Positions 47,438 through 57,136 of a stretch of DNA of 64,000 bases are shown here, in pieces. The stretch lies in assembly GCA_963714425.1 (NCBI GenBank), contig CAVQOI010000014.1:50252-114251 (forward strand), given 5' to 3'. Within the stretch, counting starts at the first letter, position 1. Each line of letters opens with the position of its first letter. The position numbers and the translations under genes were made by a program. The notes under the pieces are model-generated. The model was not told where the DNA came from, searched no databases, and was given only the letters and a program-made list of their open reading frames with translations. The stretch is from an uncultured Chloroflexia bacterium. Its GTDB lineage: Bacteria > Chloroflexota > Anaerolineae > Anaerolineales > UBA4823.

Positions 47438-48133
47438 ATGTTAATCGCATTATCGATATTGATTTTAGGAGTTTCGTACGTATTTGGGTCTATCCCATCG
47501 GGTTTATTGATCGTCAAGCTCCGAACCGGGAAAGATATCCGCAATATCGCAAGCGGGCGCACAGGTGGAACGAACGCCTTGCGCGCTGCTGGGTTGTGGG
47601 CTGGTCTCGGGACAGCAATTCTGGATATCATGAAGTCTGCTGTATGTGTCTGGCTGGCGCGCTGGTTGGTGCCGGGAGTGGTATGGATGGAAATCTTTGC
47701 GCCTTTAATGGCAGTCTTAGGGCACAACTATTCAATTTTTCTAATCGAACGCAATGAGGATGGAGTGATCCGGCTTAGAGGTGGGGCAGGGGGTGGTCCA
47801 ACTGCAGGCGGTGCCTTTGGACTTTGGATGCCAAGCCTGATTATCGTGGCGCCCATCGTTGCGGGTATTCTGTTTTTCATCGGGTATGCATCCGTCGCAA
47901 CAATAAGCATCCCCCTGGTGGCGATGTTGATCTTCGCTTATCGTACTTTGACAAGCGGAGCGCCCTGGGAGTACATCTTGTACGGTTTATTTGCGGAGCT
48001 GATCCTGATCTGGGCATTACGCCCGAATATTAGCCGGCTCTTCAAGGGCACCGAACGGCTTGTGGGCCTTCGAGCCAGGCGGCGAAAAGAATCTAACGAT
48101 TATTCCTCATCTTCATCATCCCCCTCATCGTAA
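47438..48133 (+). CDS. plsY: Glycerol-3-phosphate acyltransferase PlsY
   Basis: GSIPSG, DIR..ASGRTGGTN..R, D..K, GHNYSIF, RPNISRL..GTE. Confidence 0.88.
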   Translation: MLIALSILILGVSYVFGSIPSGLLIVKLRTGKDIRNIASGRTGGTNALRAAGLWAGLGTAILDIMKSAVCVWLARWLVPGVVWMEIFAPLMAVLGHNYSIFLIERNEDGVIRLRGGAGGGPTAGGAFGLWMPSLIIVAPIVAGILFFIGYASVATISIPLVAMLIFAYRTLTSGAPWEYILYGLFAELILIWALRPNISRLFKGTERLVGLRARRRKESNDYSSSSSSPSS

Positions 48134-49005
48134 TCTTGGTAATCATCATCTTCATCCGGCGAGCCTTTTGGCAGTTCACCGAACATTTGCTGGTACAAAC
48201 CGCGCAAATTGCGCCTGTGAAGCTCCTCAGCCAGCCCGCCGATCAAAACACGGCTTTTTCCGCATTCCTCTACGGTAACTTCCTGCAATAAATCCATTGG
48301 ATATTTTCGGCGAGACGCCTTGCGAACCGCTTTGCGAATTGCTGACAGATAGGCGAGATTGTCTTTAATATACCCCTCGATTTCACCCCGCAAGATGATA
48401 TCCCCATGCCCTTGAACCACGTTCTCCAGCCCCATCTTTGCAACTTTTTTCAACGAGGCGGTAAGATCTTCAATATTGCCATCCACGATGTAAGGCAAAG
48501 GCATACACGCATCCCCTGCGAATAGAATTCGATCTTCCTCTGCCAATACGGCAACATTATCGGCACTGTGCCCGGGTAGTGGGAGCAATGTGAGTGTTTT
48601 CTTGCCTACACGTAAGCTCAAATAGCCATCGGTAAATGTGAGATGGGGTAAGATGATCTTGACGTTGCGAAACGGCATGTTTTGTTTTCGAACCGCCTCC
48701 ATGGAGCTAACGCCTCGCTCGGCGAGCCATTGCCGGCACAGGGAGGAAGCGATCACAGTTGAGCCAGGGAAGAAATAATTCCCCCAGGCGTGGTCTGCGT
48801 GATAATGTGTGTTGAGGACGTAACGAACCGGGACACCCAATTCTTGCTCGATGAAATCGCGGATAGCCAGCGTCTCTTCGGGAAGCGCTAATGTGTCTAT
48901 AACCACTGCCCAGTTAGGACCAATCACTGCACCAGCAGTGACCTGAGCATACAGATCACTCTGGAAAGAAAAAACATTCTCGGCAATTCGCTCACGTTGG
49001 AACAT
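48100..49005 (-). CDS. MBL-fold metallo-hydrolase
   Basis: THYHADH, PGHS, FAGD, QGHG; acidic tail. Confidence 0.88.
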   Translation of the reverse strand: MFQRERIAENVFSFQSDLYAQVTAGAVIGPNWAVVIDTLALPEETLAIRDFIEQELGVPVRYVLNTHYHADHAWGNYFFPGSTVIASSLCRQWLAERGVSSMEAVRKQNMPFRNVKIILPHLTFTDGYLSLRVGKKTLTLLPLPGHSADNVAVLAEEDRILFAGDACMPLPYIVDGNIEDLTASLKKVAKMGLENVVQGHGDIILRGEIEGYIKDNLAYLSAIRKAVRKASRRKYPMDLLQEVTVEECGKSRVLIGGLAEELHRRNLRGLYQQMFGELPKGSPDEDDDYQDYDEGDDEDEE

Positions 49006-49107
49006 GGTTCACCCCAGCCTTAGGTTCGTTCGTGTAGGATAGCACAAGGCGGGGGTGAAAGTCAAGAAAGATTAATCTATTACCAATCTTGGAGTATAAT
49101 AGCCCGA

Positions 49108-49425
49108 ATATTAGTGACATATTCCGGGAGGAGTAGATGGATTGGGTTCTGCACCAGAGAAGGGTTGGTACAGGCTGAAAACCCCCTCAGAACCCCCAGA
49201 CGAAGGTCGCCCGGAAAGATTGCCGAAGAAATCGACCGATAGCGCTCGAGATTAGACCGGCACGGGTAGCCCGTTATAGCGACGCCCCGCTCACCTTCTG
49301 GCAGATGGGCACGCAATTGCAGCTGGCTAGCTGGGGTGATGAGTGCGCTGATCAAAGATTGGCGAATTGAGGTGGTACCGCGGAAGGATTTCCCTTTCGT
49401 CCTCAAAAGGATGAAAGGGATTTTG
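49108..49425 (+). promoter_or_regulatory. T-box riboswitch (Val, specifier GUC) upstream of valS
   Basis: TATAAT at 49095; stem I TCCGGG/CCCGGA, AGAGA bulge, GCTGAA loop, GAAG-GTC specifier (49206-49208), CCGTTA, T-box GGTGGTACCGCG (49371-49382), TCCCTTTCGTCCT/AGGATGAAAGGGA-TTTT terminator. Confidence 0.92.
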
Positions 49426-49486
49426 GATTAATTGAGGAGAACATACAAACTCATGAGTATGTTGATGCAATCGATGAGGAGCTGCC

Positions 49487-52288
49487 ATGCCTGAGTACAA
49501 TCTTCCAAAGACGTATGATTTTAAGAGTGTAGAAGAGCGTATTTACGCCTGGTGGAATGCGAGTGGCTACTTTCAGCCATCAAATGATCCCAAGCGGCCT
49601 GGCTTCGAGCCAACCCGGAAGCCCTTCGTGATCTCCATCCCACCCCCCAACGTCACAGGCGAGCTGCACCTGGGGCACGCAATGTTTGTAGCTATGGAAG
49701 ACCTGATGATCCGTTATCATCGCATGAAAGGTGTGCCTGCATTGTGGGTGCCCGGATCTGACCATGCGGGAATTGCTACACAGCTTCAGGTAGAAAAAGC
49801 ATTGGCTAAAGAGGGACTTGCTCGCGAGCAAATTGGGCGTGAGGAGTTCCTCAAACGCACATGGGCCTGGAAAGAGAAATATGGTGGCATTATCACCGGC
49901 CAGATCCGCCGTTTGGGGGCATCTTGCGATTGGTCGCGTGAACGCTTCACTCTCGATGATGGCTTGTCTCGGGCAGTCCGCGAGGCTTTTGTCCGTTTGT
50001 TTGAAAAAGGGTTGATCTACCGGGGACCTCGCTTGATAAACTGGTCTCCTGGATTGAAAACAGCCGTTTCAGACCTGGAAGTAGAGTACTCCGAGGAGCC
50101 GGGGACGCTTTACTATTTCAAGTATATGTTAGTTGGCGCCTCAGACGATTCAAGGGGTGAATTTATACCCGTGGCAACGACCCGACCAGAGACAATCCTC
50201 GGAGACACAGCTGTAGCCGTCCACCCGGATGATGATCGCTATCGAAAATTTATTGGTCGTCAGGTAATGGTACCAATCTTGGGGCGGCGCATCCCCGTAA
50301 TCGCCGATGAATACGTCGATCGCGAGTTTGGGGGTGGGGCGCTTAAGGTGACTCCAGGACACGATCCCAATGATTACGCCATTGCTGAGCGACATGGGTT
50401 GCCTGTGATTTCAATATTGAATGAAGCTGCCCAAGTGAATGAGAATGGTGGCCCATACCAGGGACAAGACCGCTTCGAGGCGCGCAAGCGCCTATGGCAA
50501 GATATGCAAAAGGCTGGGTTGGTGCTCAAAGAGGAGCCTTATACCCTGAGTGTCCCGCGTTCCCAGCGCGGCGGTGAGATTGTTGAGCCAATGATATCGA
50601 CCCAGTGGTTCGTGAGCATCAATCCTCTCGCTCAAGCTGCACTCGAAGTTGTCCGTAACGGGCGGATCCAAATCGTGCCCGAACGGTTTACGAAAGTGTA
50701 TTACAACTGGTTGGAAAATATTCAAGATTGGTGCATTAGCAGGCAACTTTGGTGGGGGCACCGTATTCCGGTTTGGTATTGTGATGATTGTGGTGAGATG
50801 TTCGCCGCACGCGAGGATCCCCAGGCGTGTGTGCATTGCAGTAGTCATGCGATCGAGCAGGACCCGGATGTATTGGATACATGGTTTTCCTCAGGATTAT
50901 GGCCTTTCTCAACTCTCGGCTGGCCTGACGAGACGCCAGACTATCGCTATTTTTACCCTACTTCAATGATGGAAACTGGCTACGACATCCTATTCTTCTG
51001 GGTAGCCCGCATGATCATGATGGGCTTGGAATTCACTGGAGACATACCCTTTTCAACCGTCTACTTGCACGGTTTGATCCGTGACGAGCACGCACGAAAA
51101 ATGAGCAAAACCTATGGGAATGTGATTGACCCGCTGACTGTAATGGACGAGCTGGGAACGGATGCTCTGCGCTTCACCCTGTTGGTGGGTTCAACACCTG
51201 GGAATGATACGAATCTAAGCGTAAAGCGTGTCGAAGCGAACCGCAATTTCACCAACAAGTTGTGGAATGCCAGCCGGTTTGTGCTCTCAGCCATTCAGGA
51301 CTACTCGCTAGTAGCTGAGAAATCGGTCGAAATAAGTCTGCCAGATTTCGCCAACTCAATGCTATCGCTCGCTACCCAGGGATCCCTTGCGGATCGGTGG
51401 ATCTATGCACGCACTGGTCAGCTGGTGCATGATGTCGAGCGTCTATTTCAAAGCTACCAGTATGGAGAGGCTGGGCGACAAATCTACGAATTCTTCTGGA
51501 GCGAATTCGCAGATTGGTACCTCGAGATCGCCAAGTATCAGATGGTGGGTTCTGATCTCTCGGATGGGCGGAGTTATCCTGAATCGATCCTGAAATTGCA
51601 TGATCCGCATTTAACGACGGTGTACATGCTTGTGCATGTATTAGATACTTGCCTGCGCTTGCTGCACCCTTTCACTCCGTTCGTCACTGAGGAGCTTTGG
51701 GGACATCTCAAACGGGCAGTTGAAGGTGCGGACCTCCGCTATCCAATCGATGAGGAAGCATTAATCGTTGCCCGTTGGCCAGAAGGTCACGAGCTGGCTG
51801 CCATTGAAGAGGATACGGTCTACCAATTCTCGCTGGTACAAGATATCGTGCGCGCCATCCGAAATCTTCGGGCTGAGAAAAATGTCAAACCCGGCTTGCG
51901 AGTCCCTGCAATCATTGCTGCCGGTGAGCGAACGGCATTCCTTCAAACGCAAGCAGGGGCGATCGCAACATTAGCCAAACTTGACGAGAGTGCAGTAACA
52001 ATTAACGAGACTGCAATCGATGTGAATGAGGGGTATACCGCTCTGGTTGTAAACGCGGTGGAAGTGTACTTGCCACTGTCTGGTCTTTCAGATGTAAATC
52101 AAGAACGTTCCCGCCTGGTGAGGGAACTGGAGGAAACCGAAAAGCAGGTGACCCGGCTACGAGAACTGCTCGCGAGCCCATTCTCTGAAAAAGCGCCTGA
52201 GCCTGTGGTACAAAAGGAAGCTGAGAAACTTGCCCTTTATCAGGAGACTGTTCAAAAATTGAACGATCAGATAAGATCCTTAGGGTGA
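49487..52288 (+). CDS. valS: Valine--tRNA ligase
   Basis: PPPNVTGELHLGH, ATTRPET, DWCISRQLWWGHRIP, KMSKT, C-terminal coiled coil. Confidence 0.98.
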   Translation: MPEYNLPKTYDFKSVEERIYAWWNASGYFQPSNDPKRPGFEPTRKPFVISIPPPNVTGELHLGHAMFVAMEDLMIRYHRMKGVPALWVPGSDHAGIATQLQVEKALAKEGLAREQIGREEFLKRTWAWKEKYGGIITGQIRRLGASCDWSRERFTLDDGLSRAVREAFVRLFEKGLIYRGPRLINWSPGLKTAVSDLEVEYSEEPGTLYYFKYMLVGASDDSRGEFIPVATTRPETILGDTAVAVHPDDDRYRKFIGRQVMVPILGRRIPVIADEYVDREFGGGALKVTPGHDPNDYAIAERHGLPVISILNEAAQVNENGGPYQGQDRFEARKRLWQDMQKAGLVLKEEPYTLSVPRSQRGGEIVEPMISTQWFVSINPLAQAALEVVRNGRIQIVPERFTKVYYNWLENIQDWCISRQLWWGHRIPVWYCDDCGEMFAAREDPQACVHCSSHAIEQDPDVLDTWFSSGLWPFSTLGWPDETPDYRYFYPTSMMETGYDILFFWVARMIMMGLEFTGDIPFSTVYLHGLIRDEHARKMSKTYGNVIDPLTVMDELGTDALRFTLLVGSTPGNDTNLSVKRVEANRNFTNKLWNASRFVLSAIQDYSLVAEKSVEISLPDFANSMLSLATQGSLADRWIYARTGQLVHDVERLFQSYQYGEAGRQIYEFFWSEFADWYLEIAKYQMVGSDLSDGRSYPESILKLHDPHLTTVYMLVHVLDTCLRLLHPFTPFVTEELWGHLKRAVEGADLRYPIDEEALIVARWPEGHELAAIEEDTVYQFSLVQDIVRAIRNLRAEKNVKPGLRVPAIIAAGERTAFLQTQAGAIATLAKLDESAVTINETAIDVNEGYTALVVNAVEVYLPLSGLSDVNQERSRLVRELEETEKQVTRLRELLASPFSEKAPEPVVQKEAEKLALYQETVQKLNDQIRSLG

Positions 52289-52291
52289 GCC

Positions 52292-53089
52292 ATGAGAATT
52301 TTACTTAATGACCTCACATTCTCAGTTAATACCCGGGGGAATGGTATCCCTTTGCTCCTCATCCATGGCTATCCATTAAACAACCGCATTTGGGAGGCGC
52401 AAATCGATGATTTGGACGAGATTGCTCATACGATTGCATTTGATCTGCGCGGTCATGGGGATTCTGACGGTACCCAAGGGCCATACTCTATGGATATGCA
52501 TGCAGCAGATTGCCGGGATGTGCTCGATGCACTGGGTGTTGATCAACCTGCGATCCTGTGTGGGCTTTCGATGGGCGGATATATAGCCTTCTCGTTTTTT
52601 CGAAATTATCCTGAGCGGGTTGCAGGCTTAATCCTGGCTGCCACCCGCGCCGGAGCAGATACTCCTGAAGGCAAGGCCAGTCGGGATAAAGCCATTGAGC
52701 TCGCAAAGAAGGATGGCCCGGGGTCTGTTGCCGAGACGATGCTGGCAAAAATGCTATCCCCGAGGTCTTATAATCGACGACAGGAGCTTGTCCAGCAGGT
52801 GTGGGAGATCATGGGAAGCACTTCTTTGGATGGGATCATCGGTGATCTGGAGGGGATGAAAGACCGCCCGAGCTCAGTCCCCACCTTAGGTCAAATCGAT
52901 AGACCAACCTTAATCTTGCACGGCAGCGATGACCAGCTCATACCGTCGACTGAAGCAATCGCCATGCGTGCTGCTATCCAGGGTTCTATTCTTCGTGTCC
53001 TGTTAGACGCAGGACACCTGCTCAATATGGAACAGCCAGAGCTTTTTAATCGGGCGATACGCACGTTCATTCAGGAGTCTTTTTCATGA
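52292..53089 (+). CDS. Alpha/beta hydrolase (PcaD-like)
   Basis: IHGYP, DLRGHG, GLSMGG, GSDD, AGH. Confidence 0.9.
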   Translation: MRILLNDLTFSVNTRGNGIPLLLIHGYPLNNRIWEAQIDDLDEIAHTIAFDLRGHGDSDGTQGPYSMDMHAADCRDVLDALGVDQPAILCGLSMGGYIAFSFFRNYPERVAGLILAATRAGADTPEGKASRDKAIELAKKDGPGSVAETMLAKMLSPRSYNRRQELVQQVWEIMGSTSLDGIIGDLEGMKDRPSSVPTLGQIDRPTLILHGSDDQLIPSTEAIAMRAAIQGSILRVLLDAGHLLNMEQPELFNRAIRTFIQESFS

Positions 53090-53955
53090 GGTTTGGTTTG
53101 ATTTACCCTCAGACTGAATTCGGCCATGATCCAGAGGCGATCAAAGAGTATGCACAAACTGCCGAAAGCTTGGGGTATGCATATGTTGGTGCTTACGATC
53201 ATGTCTTAGGAGCTAACCCAGAGCGTCCGGGTGGTTGGAATGGGAGATACACATATAAGGACGCTTTTATGGAGCCGTTTGTCCTCTTCAGCTTTTTGGC
53301 AGGTTTGACGACAACGATAGAATTCTGCACGTCGATTTTGATTCTCCCTCAACGACAAGCTGCGCTCGTAGCCAAACAGGCTGCTACGCTGGATTTGATC
53401 AGTGGTGGCCGCTTGCGTTTGGGAGTCGGGCTGGGCTGGAATGCAGTAGAGTACACGGCATTGAATGAAAAGTTTTCCAATCGTGGACGGCGCATTGAGG
53501 AGCAAATAGAGCTTATCCGGTTATTGTGGGGGCAATCCCTCGTGACCTATTCCGGAGAATGGCACTATGTCCCTGATGCGGGCATAAACCCTTTACCTGA
53601 GCGACCCTCAATCCCGATTTGGATGGGTGGACGCGCTAATCCTGTTCTGCGGCGTGTAGCGCGCATCGCGGATGGATGGATCCCTACCTACCCCACCGCC
53701 GCCGATACGTTGCCCCACCTCGAAAAATTGGATGTGTATCTTTACGAGAACGGACGTACAAGGGATGGATTTGGCATTGAGGTTCGTATCCCTTATGGGG
53801 AGGGAAACCCAGACACCTGGAAAAATTTAGCTAAGGATTGGCTCGCAATCGGAGCTACGCATTGTTCTGTGAATACAATGGGTGCAGGTCTTAACTCTCC
53901 AGGTGATCATATTCAGGCGATTAAAAAATTTGCCAGGGAGATGGGGCTTACATGA
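53086..53955 (+). CDS. LLM-class, probably F420-dependent, oxidoreductase
   Basis: YDHV, EPF, LPQRQ..LVAKQ, LGVGLGWN..EY, PIWMGG, ADGW. Confidence 0.85.
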   Translation: MRFGLIYPQTEFGHDPEAIKEYAQTAESLGYAYVGAYDHVLGANPERPGGWNGRYTYKDAFMEPFVLFSFLAGLTTTIEFCTSILILPQRQAALVAKQAATLDLISGGRLRLGVGLGWNAVEYTALNEKFSNRGRRIEEQIELIRLLWGQSLVTYSGEWHYVPDAGINPLPERPSIPIWMGGRANPVLRRVARIADGWIPTYPTAADTLPHLEKLDVYLYENGRTRDGFGIEVRIPYGEGNPDTWKNLAKDWLAIGATHCSVNTMGAGLNSPGDHIQAIKKFAREMGLT

Positions 53956-54461
53956 ATAAGGATGAGATACGGGCGGCCTTAATAGAAAGTCACGAGCGCA
54001 TCAGTCAACTGATTACTCTGTTGCCAGAGGATGCGTTCTTGCAGCCCGGTGTGGTGGGAGATTGGACGATCAAAGATATCCTGGCTCATCTCACCCGTTG
54101 GGAGGCGGAACTGGTCAAGCTGCTGTGGCAAGCAAGCCAGGGGATAAGACCTACTTCCCTGCTCGTATTGGCTATTGAGACCGATCGACTCAACGATCGC
54201 TGGCATGCAGAAGACCAATCGCGCCCTCTGGATCGCATACTGACTGACTTCCATGGTGTTCGCCATCAGGTGATTCGTAGATTGCAGGACTTCAAGGATT
54301 TGGATATGATTGATCCTGCCCGATACCCCTGGTTGGATGGATCTCCATTATGGAAGTGGGTAGCGGACCATAGCTTTGATCACGATGATGAGCACCTTGA
54401 GCAAATTCAGAGCTGGTTGGGGAAGAGAAAAAAAGCCAAAATTAGCGAATCGAACCCGTAG
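53952..54461 (+). CDS. DinB/ClbS-like four-helix bundle protein
   Basis: WTIKDILAHL..WE, HDDEH. Confidence 0.8.
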   Translation: MNKDEIRAALIESHERISQLITLLPEDAFLQPGVVGDWTIKDILAHLTRWEAELVKLLWQASQGIRPTSLLVLAIETDRLNDRWHAEDQSRPLDRILTDFHGVRHQVIRRLQDFKDLDMIDPARYPWLDGSPLWKWVADHSFDHDDEHLEQIQSWLGKRKKAKISESNP

Positions 54462-54491
54462 TACTTCGTCAGACCAAAGTTCAGACCTTCA

Positions 54492-54526
54492 GCAGCTGTC
54501 GGTTGCACACCTACAGCTGTTTTTTC
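54492..54526 (+). terminator. Intrinsic terminator ending the valS operon
   Basis: GCAGCTGT.GGT...ACC.ACAGCTGT followed by a T-run. Confidence 0.65.
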
Positions 54527-54631
54527 CCTTTCCTAAAATGCCCCTCAAGTAAATTCTAAAAAATCAGCGGTCAAGTTCACCCTGGAATTTCATGTTAAAA
54601 TCAAATTAATCTAACCATGCGAGGTGTATCC

Positions 54632-55015
54632 ATGCTGCAAAAGGAAATCATTGTGACCGATAAAGCCCCGAAGGCGATAGGACCATACACAGTCGCAAAC
54701 CGGGTTGGAAGCCTTGTCTTTACCGCGGGGCAATTAGGTCTGGATCCCGAGACAATGGAATTCGCGCCTGGAGGCATTGAAGCAGAGACACGCCAGGCGT
54801 TGACCAATATCCAGCACGTTCTTGAGGCAGCCGGTTCTTCCCTCGAAAAAGTTGTCAAAACAACAGTTTTCCTGCGAGATATGGGGGAATTTGCTAAGAT
54901 GAACGCGGTCTATGGTCAATTTTTCACTGATAATCCACCGGCGCGCTCTACAGTGCAGGTAGCTGCCCTGCCGAGAGATGGTGCTGTAGAAATTGAGGTG
55001 GTGGCGACTACCTAA
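54632..55015 (+). CDS. RidA family enamine/imine deaminase
   Basis: APKAIGPY, AGQLG, VKTTVFL, PARSTVQV..LP....VEIE; GAGGTG RBS. Confidence 0.92.
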   Translation: MLQKEIIVTDKAPKAIGPYTVANRVGSLVFTAGQLGLDPETMEFAPGGIEAETRQALTNIQHVLEAAGSSLEKVVKTTVFLRDMGEFAKMNAVYGQFFTDNPPARSTVQVAALPRDGAVEIEVVATT

Positions 55016-55019
55016 AGGT

Positions 55020-55700
55020 ATGTCAAATGAGCTGATTCTCCTCGTTGACGACGAGCCGAACATTGTACAGCTTGCGCGCATGTACATAGAAAGAGAGGGG
55101 TTTCGGATTATATCGGCCAGCGACGGCATGGCTGCCCTGGAAGCAACCGCACGTCACAAGCCTGCCTTGATCGTGTTGGATGTTATGCTCCCAAAACTCG
55201 ATGGAATCGAGGTATGCCGCAAGTTGCGTGCACAAGGCAACAATCTACCCATATTAATGCTGACAGCACGTGATGAAGATGTTGATAAGATCCTCGGTCT
55301 GGAGATGGGTGCGGACGATTATCTCACCAAACCCTTCAATCCCCGAGAGCTGGTCGCGCGGGTGAAAGCCATTCTTCGGAGAGGGGTGCGGGTGGGGGAG
55401 GCTTCCGAGAACACCTTGCACGTGGGTGACGTCGTGGTCGATGTGGCTCGCCGTGAGGTGAGTGTGGATGGGGCTCAAATCGAGCTACGAGCTCAAGAAT
55501 TCGACCTGTTGCAGGTACTGGTTGAGCATAAGAGCTTCGTTTTGACCCGAGAGCAATTGCTGGAAAAGGCCTGGGGTTACGAGTATTTCGGTCAAACCCG
55601 GACGGTAGATGTCCATATCGCGCAGTTGCGAAAAAAACTATTAAATAGCTCAGTGCAAATCCAAACAATTACCGGCATTGGTTATAAATTGGTGGGATGA
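55020..55700 (+). CDS. OmpR-family response regulator
   Basis: LVDDE, LDVMLP..DG, GADDYLTKPF, RTVDVHI..LRKK, GIGYK. Confidence 0.95.
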   Translation: MSNELILLVDDEPNIVQLARMYIEREGFRIISASDGMAALEATARHKPALIVLDVMLPKLDGIEVCRKLRAQGNNLPILMLTARDEDVDKILGLEMGADDYLTKPFNPRELVARVKAILRRGVRVGEASENTLHVGDVVVDVARREVSVDGAQIELRAQEFDLLQVLVEHKSFVLTREQLLEKAWGYEYFGQTRTVDVHIAQLRKKLLNSSVQIQTITGIGYKLVG

Positions 55701-55701
55701 C

Positions 55702-57135
55702 ATGTTCGCATCCTTGCGCTCGAGATTGTGGTCGACCTACGTCCTCCTGGCGCTCGTAATCTTGCTCGTAGTAGCCTTAGGACTTTTTATATTTCTCATT
55801 CGGAACCCGGTAGCTGACCGGCAAGATTACCTAAACCTTGAGCGGGTTATGGCAACACTAATCCGCCGTACGGACACGCTGCAAATCCTGCAGAACCGCC
55901 CCGTGGAATACGCCCAACGAATCGACTCCGTCGCGGATGTCCGCGTCTTAATTCTCGCATCGGACCATTCGCTTCTTGTTGATTCTAGGCAGGAGAGCGC
56001 TGCTTCCATAGGTCCCCTGGCTCTGAATTCCATCCGCGATCAACGCGATGTCGCCCTCGACCAATCAGGGAAGCGCTGGTTGACGCTCTCGCGTCGATTG
56101 GATAACGGGACCATCCTGGTCCTGGCAACACCACGGCCAGGAGCAATGGCGCTTTTATACACGCGCAGGATACGTGATTTGCTTCGTGAGGATTTCATAC
56201 CCCCTTTTATGCAGGCGGGGTGCTTGGCACTCTTTTTGGCGTTGATCCTGGCATTCTGGATGTCGCGCTGGATCTCAGCTCCCCTTGGAAGTATTGCTGC
56301 TGCTGCCCGCAAAACTCCGGAAGGTACCTATGAAACCATCCAGTTGCAAGGACCCTCGGAGGTTAGAAATCTGGCTCGAGCCTTCAATGACATGACCCAA
56401 CGTGTGCGTGCCAGCCAGCAATCGCAGCGAGAATTCGTTGCAAACGTTTCACATGAGCTGAAGACGCCCCTTACATCAATTCAGGGATTTTCCCAAGCGA
56501 TCATGGATGGTGCAGCCAGTGCGCCTGAAGACTTGCACCAGGCCGCGTCGATCATCCACACGGAGGCGACTAGGATGCACCGGCTTGTCCTTAACCTGTT
56601 GGACCTGGCGCGTTTTGACGCTGGCATGGTGACGATCGAGCGGACTGATGTGAATCTACAAGAGCTCTTGAAACACGCTTACGAGCGCTATAAACCTAAT
56701 GCTGAGCAGGCAAAGGTTGGGATGAGCTGGCACGCCGATGATCTCGCGAACCTCTCTGGCGACGGTGAAAAGTTGGCGCAGGTATTGGGTAATCTCGTAG
56801 AGAATGCCTTGAAACACACGCCCGCGGGTGGGCAGGTCGTAATGAGCGCCCAGGCCGACGGCGAATATGCTGAAATTAAAGTCAGTGATAGCGGAACCGG
56901 AATCCCTGAAGCTGATCTCCCTCGTATCTTCGAAAGATTTTATCAGGTGGATAAATCTAGAATAGGAGGTCATGTACACGGGAGTGGGCTTGGACTGGCT
57001 ATCGCAAAAGAAATCATCCACGCCCATGGGGGATCAATTGTCGCACAAAATAATCACCCACAAGGGAGCTTGTTTGTGGTCAGAATCCCTTTCGGTCGCC
57101 CGCTCAACCCTATCATTGCTCATCGGAAAGCTTGA
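55702..57135 (+). CDS. HAMP-domain sensor histidine kinase
   Basis: 2 TM helices, HAMP domain, VSHELKTPL, NLVENA, DSGTG, FERFYQVD, GSGLGL. Confidence 0.95.
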   Translation: MFASLRSRLWSTYVLLALVILLVVALGLFIFLIRNPVADRQDYLNLERVMATLIRRTDTLQILQNRPVEYAQRIDSVADVRVLILASDHSLLVDSRQESAASIGPLALNSIRDQRDVALDQSGKRWLTLSRRLDNGTILVLATPRPGAMALLYTRRIRDLLREDFIPPFMQAGCLALFLALILAFWMSRWISAPLGSIAAAARKTPEGTYETIQLQGPSEVRNLARAFNDMTQRVRASQQSQREFVANVSHELKTPLTSIQGFSQAIMDGAASAPEDLHQAASIIHTEATRMHRLVLNLLDLARFDAGMVTIERTDVNLQELLKHAYERYKPNAEQAKVGMSWHADDLANLSGDGEKLAQVLGNLVENALKHTPAGGQVVMSAQADGEYAEIKVSDSGTGIPEADLPRIFERFYQVDKSRIGGHVHGSGLGLAIAKEIIHAHGGSIVAQNNHPQGSLFVVRIPFGRPLNPIIAHRKA

Positions 57136-57136
57136 T

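Noticed and set aside
49453..49494. Met-rich 13-codon uORF (MSMLMQSMRSCHA) overlapping the valS start
   Set aside because: Its GAGGAG is 13 nt away, it has no Val codons, and the T-box already explains regulation; probably chance.
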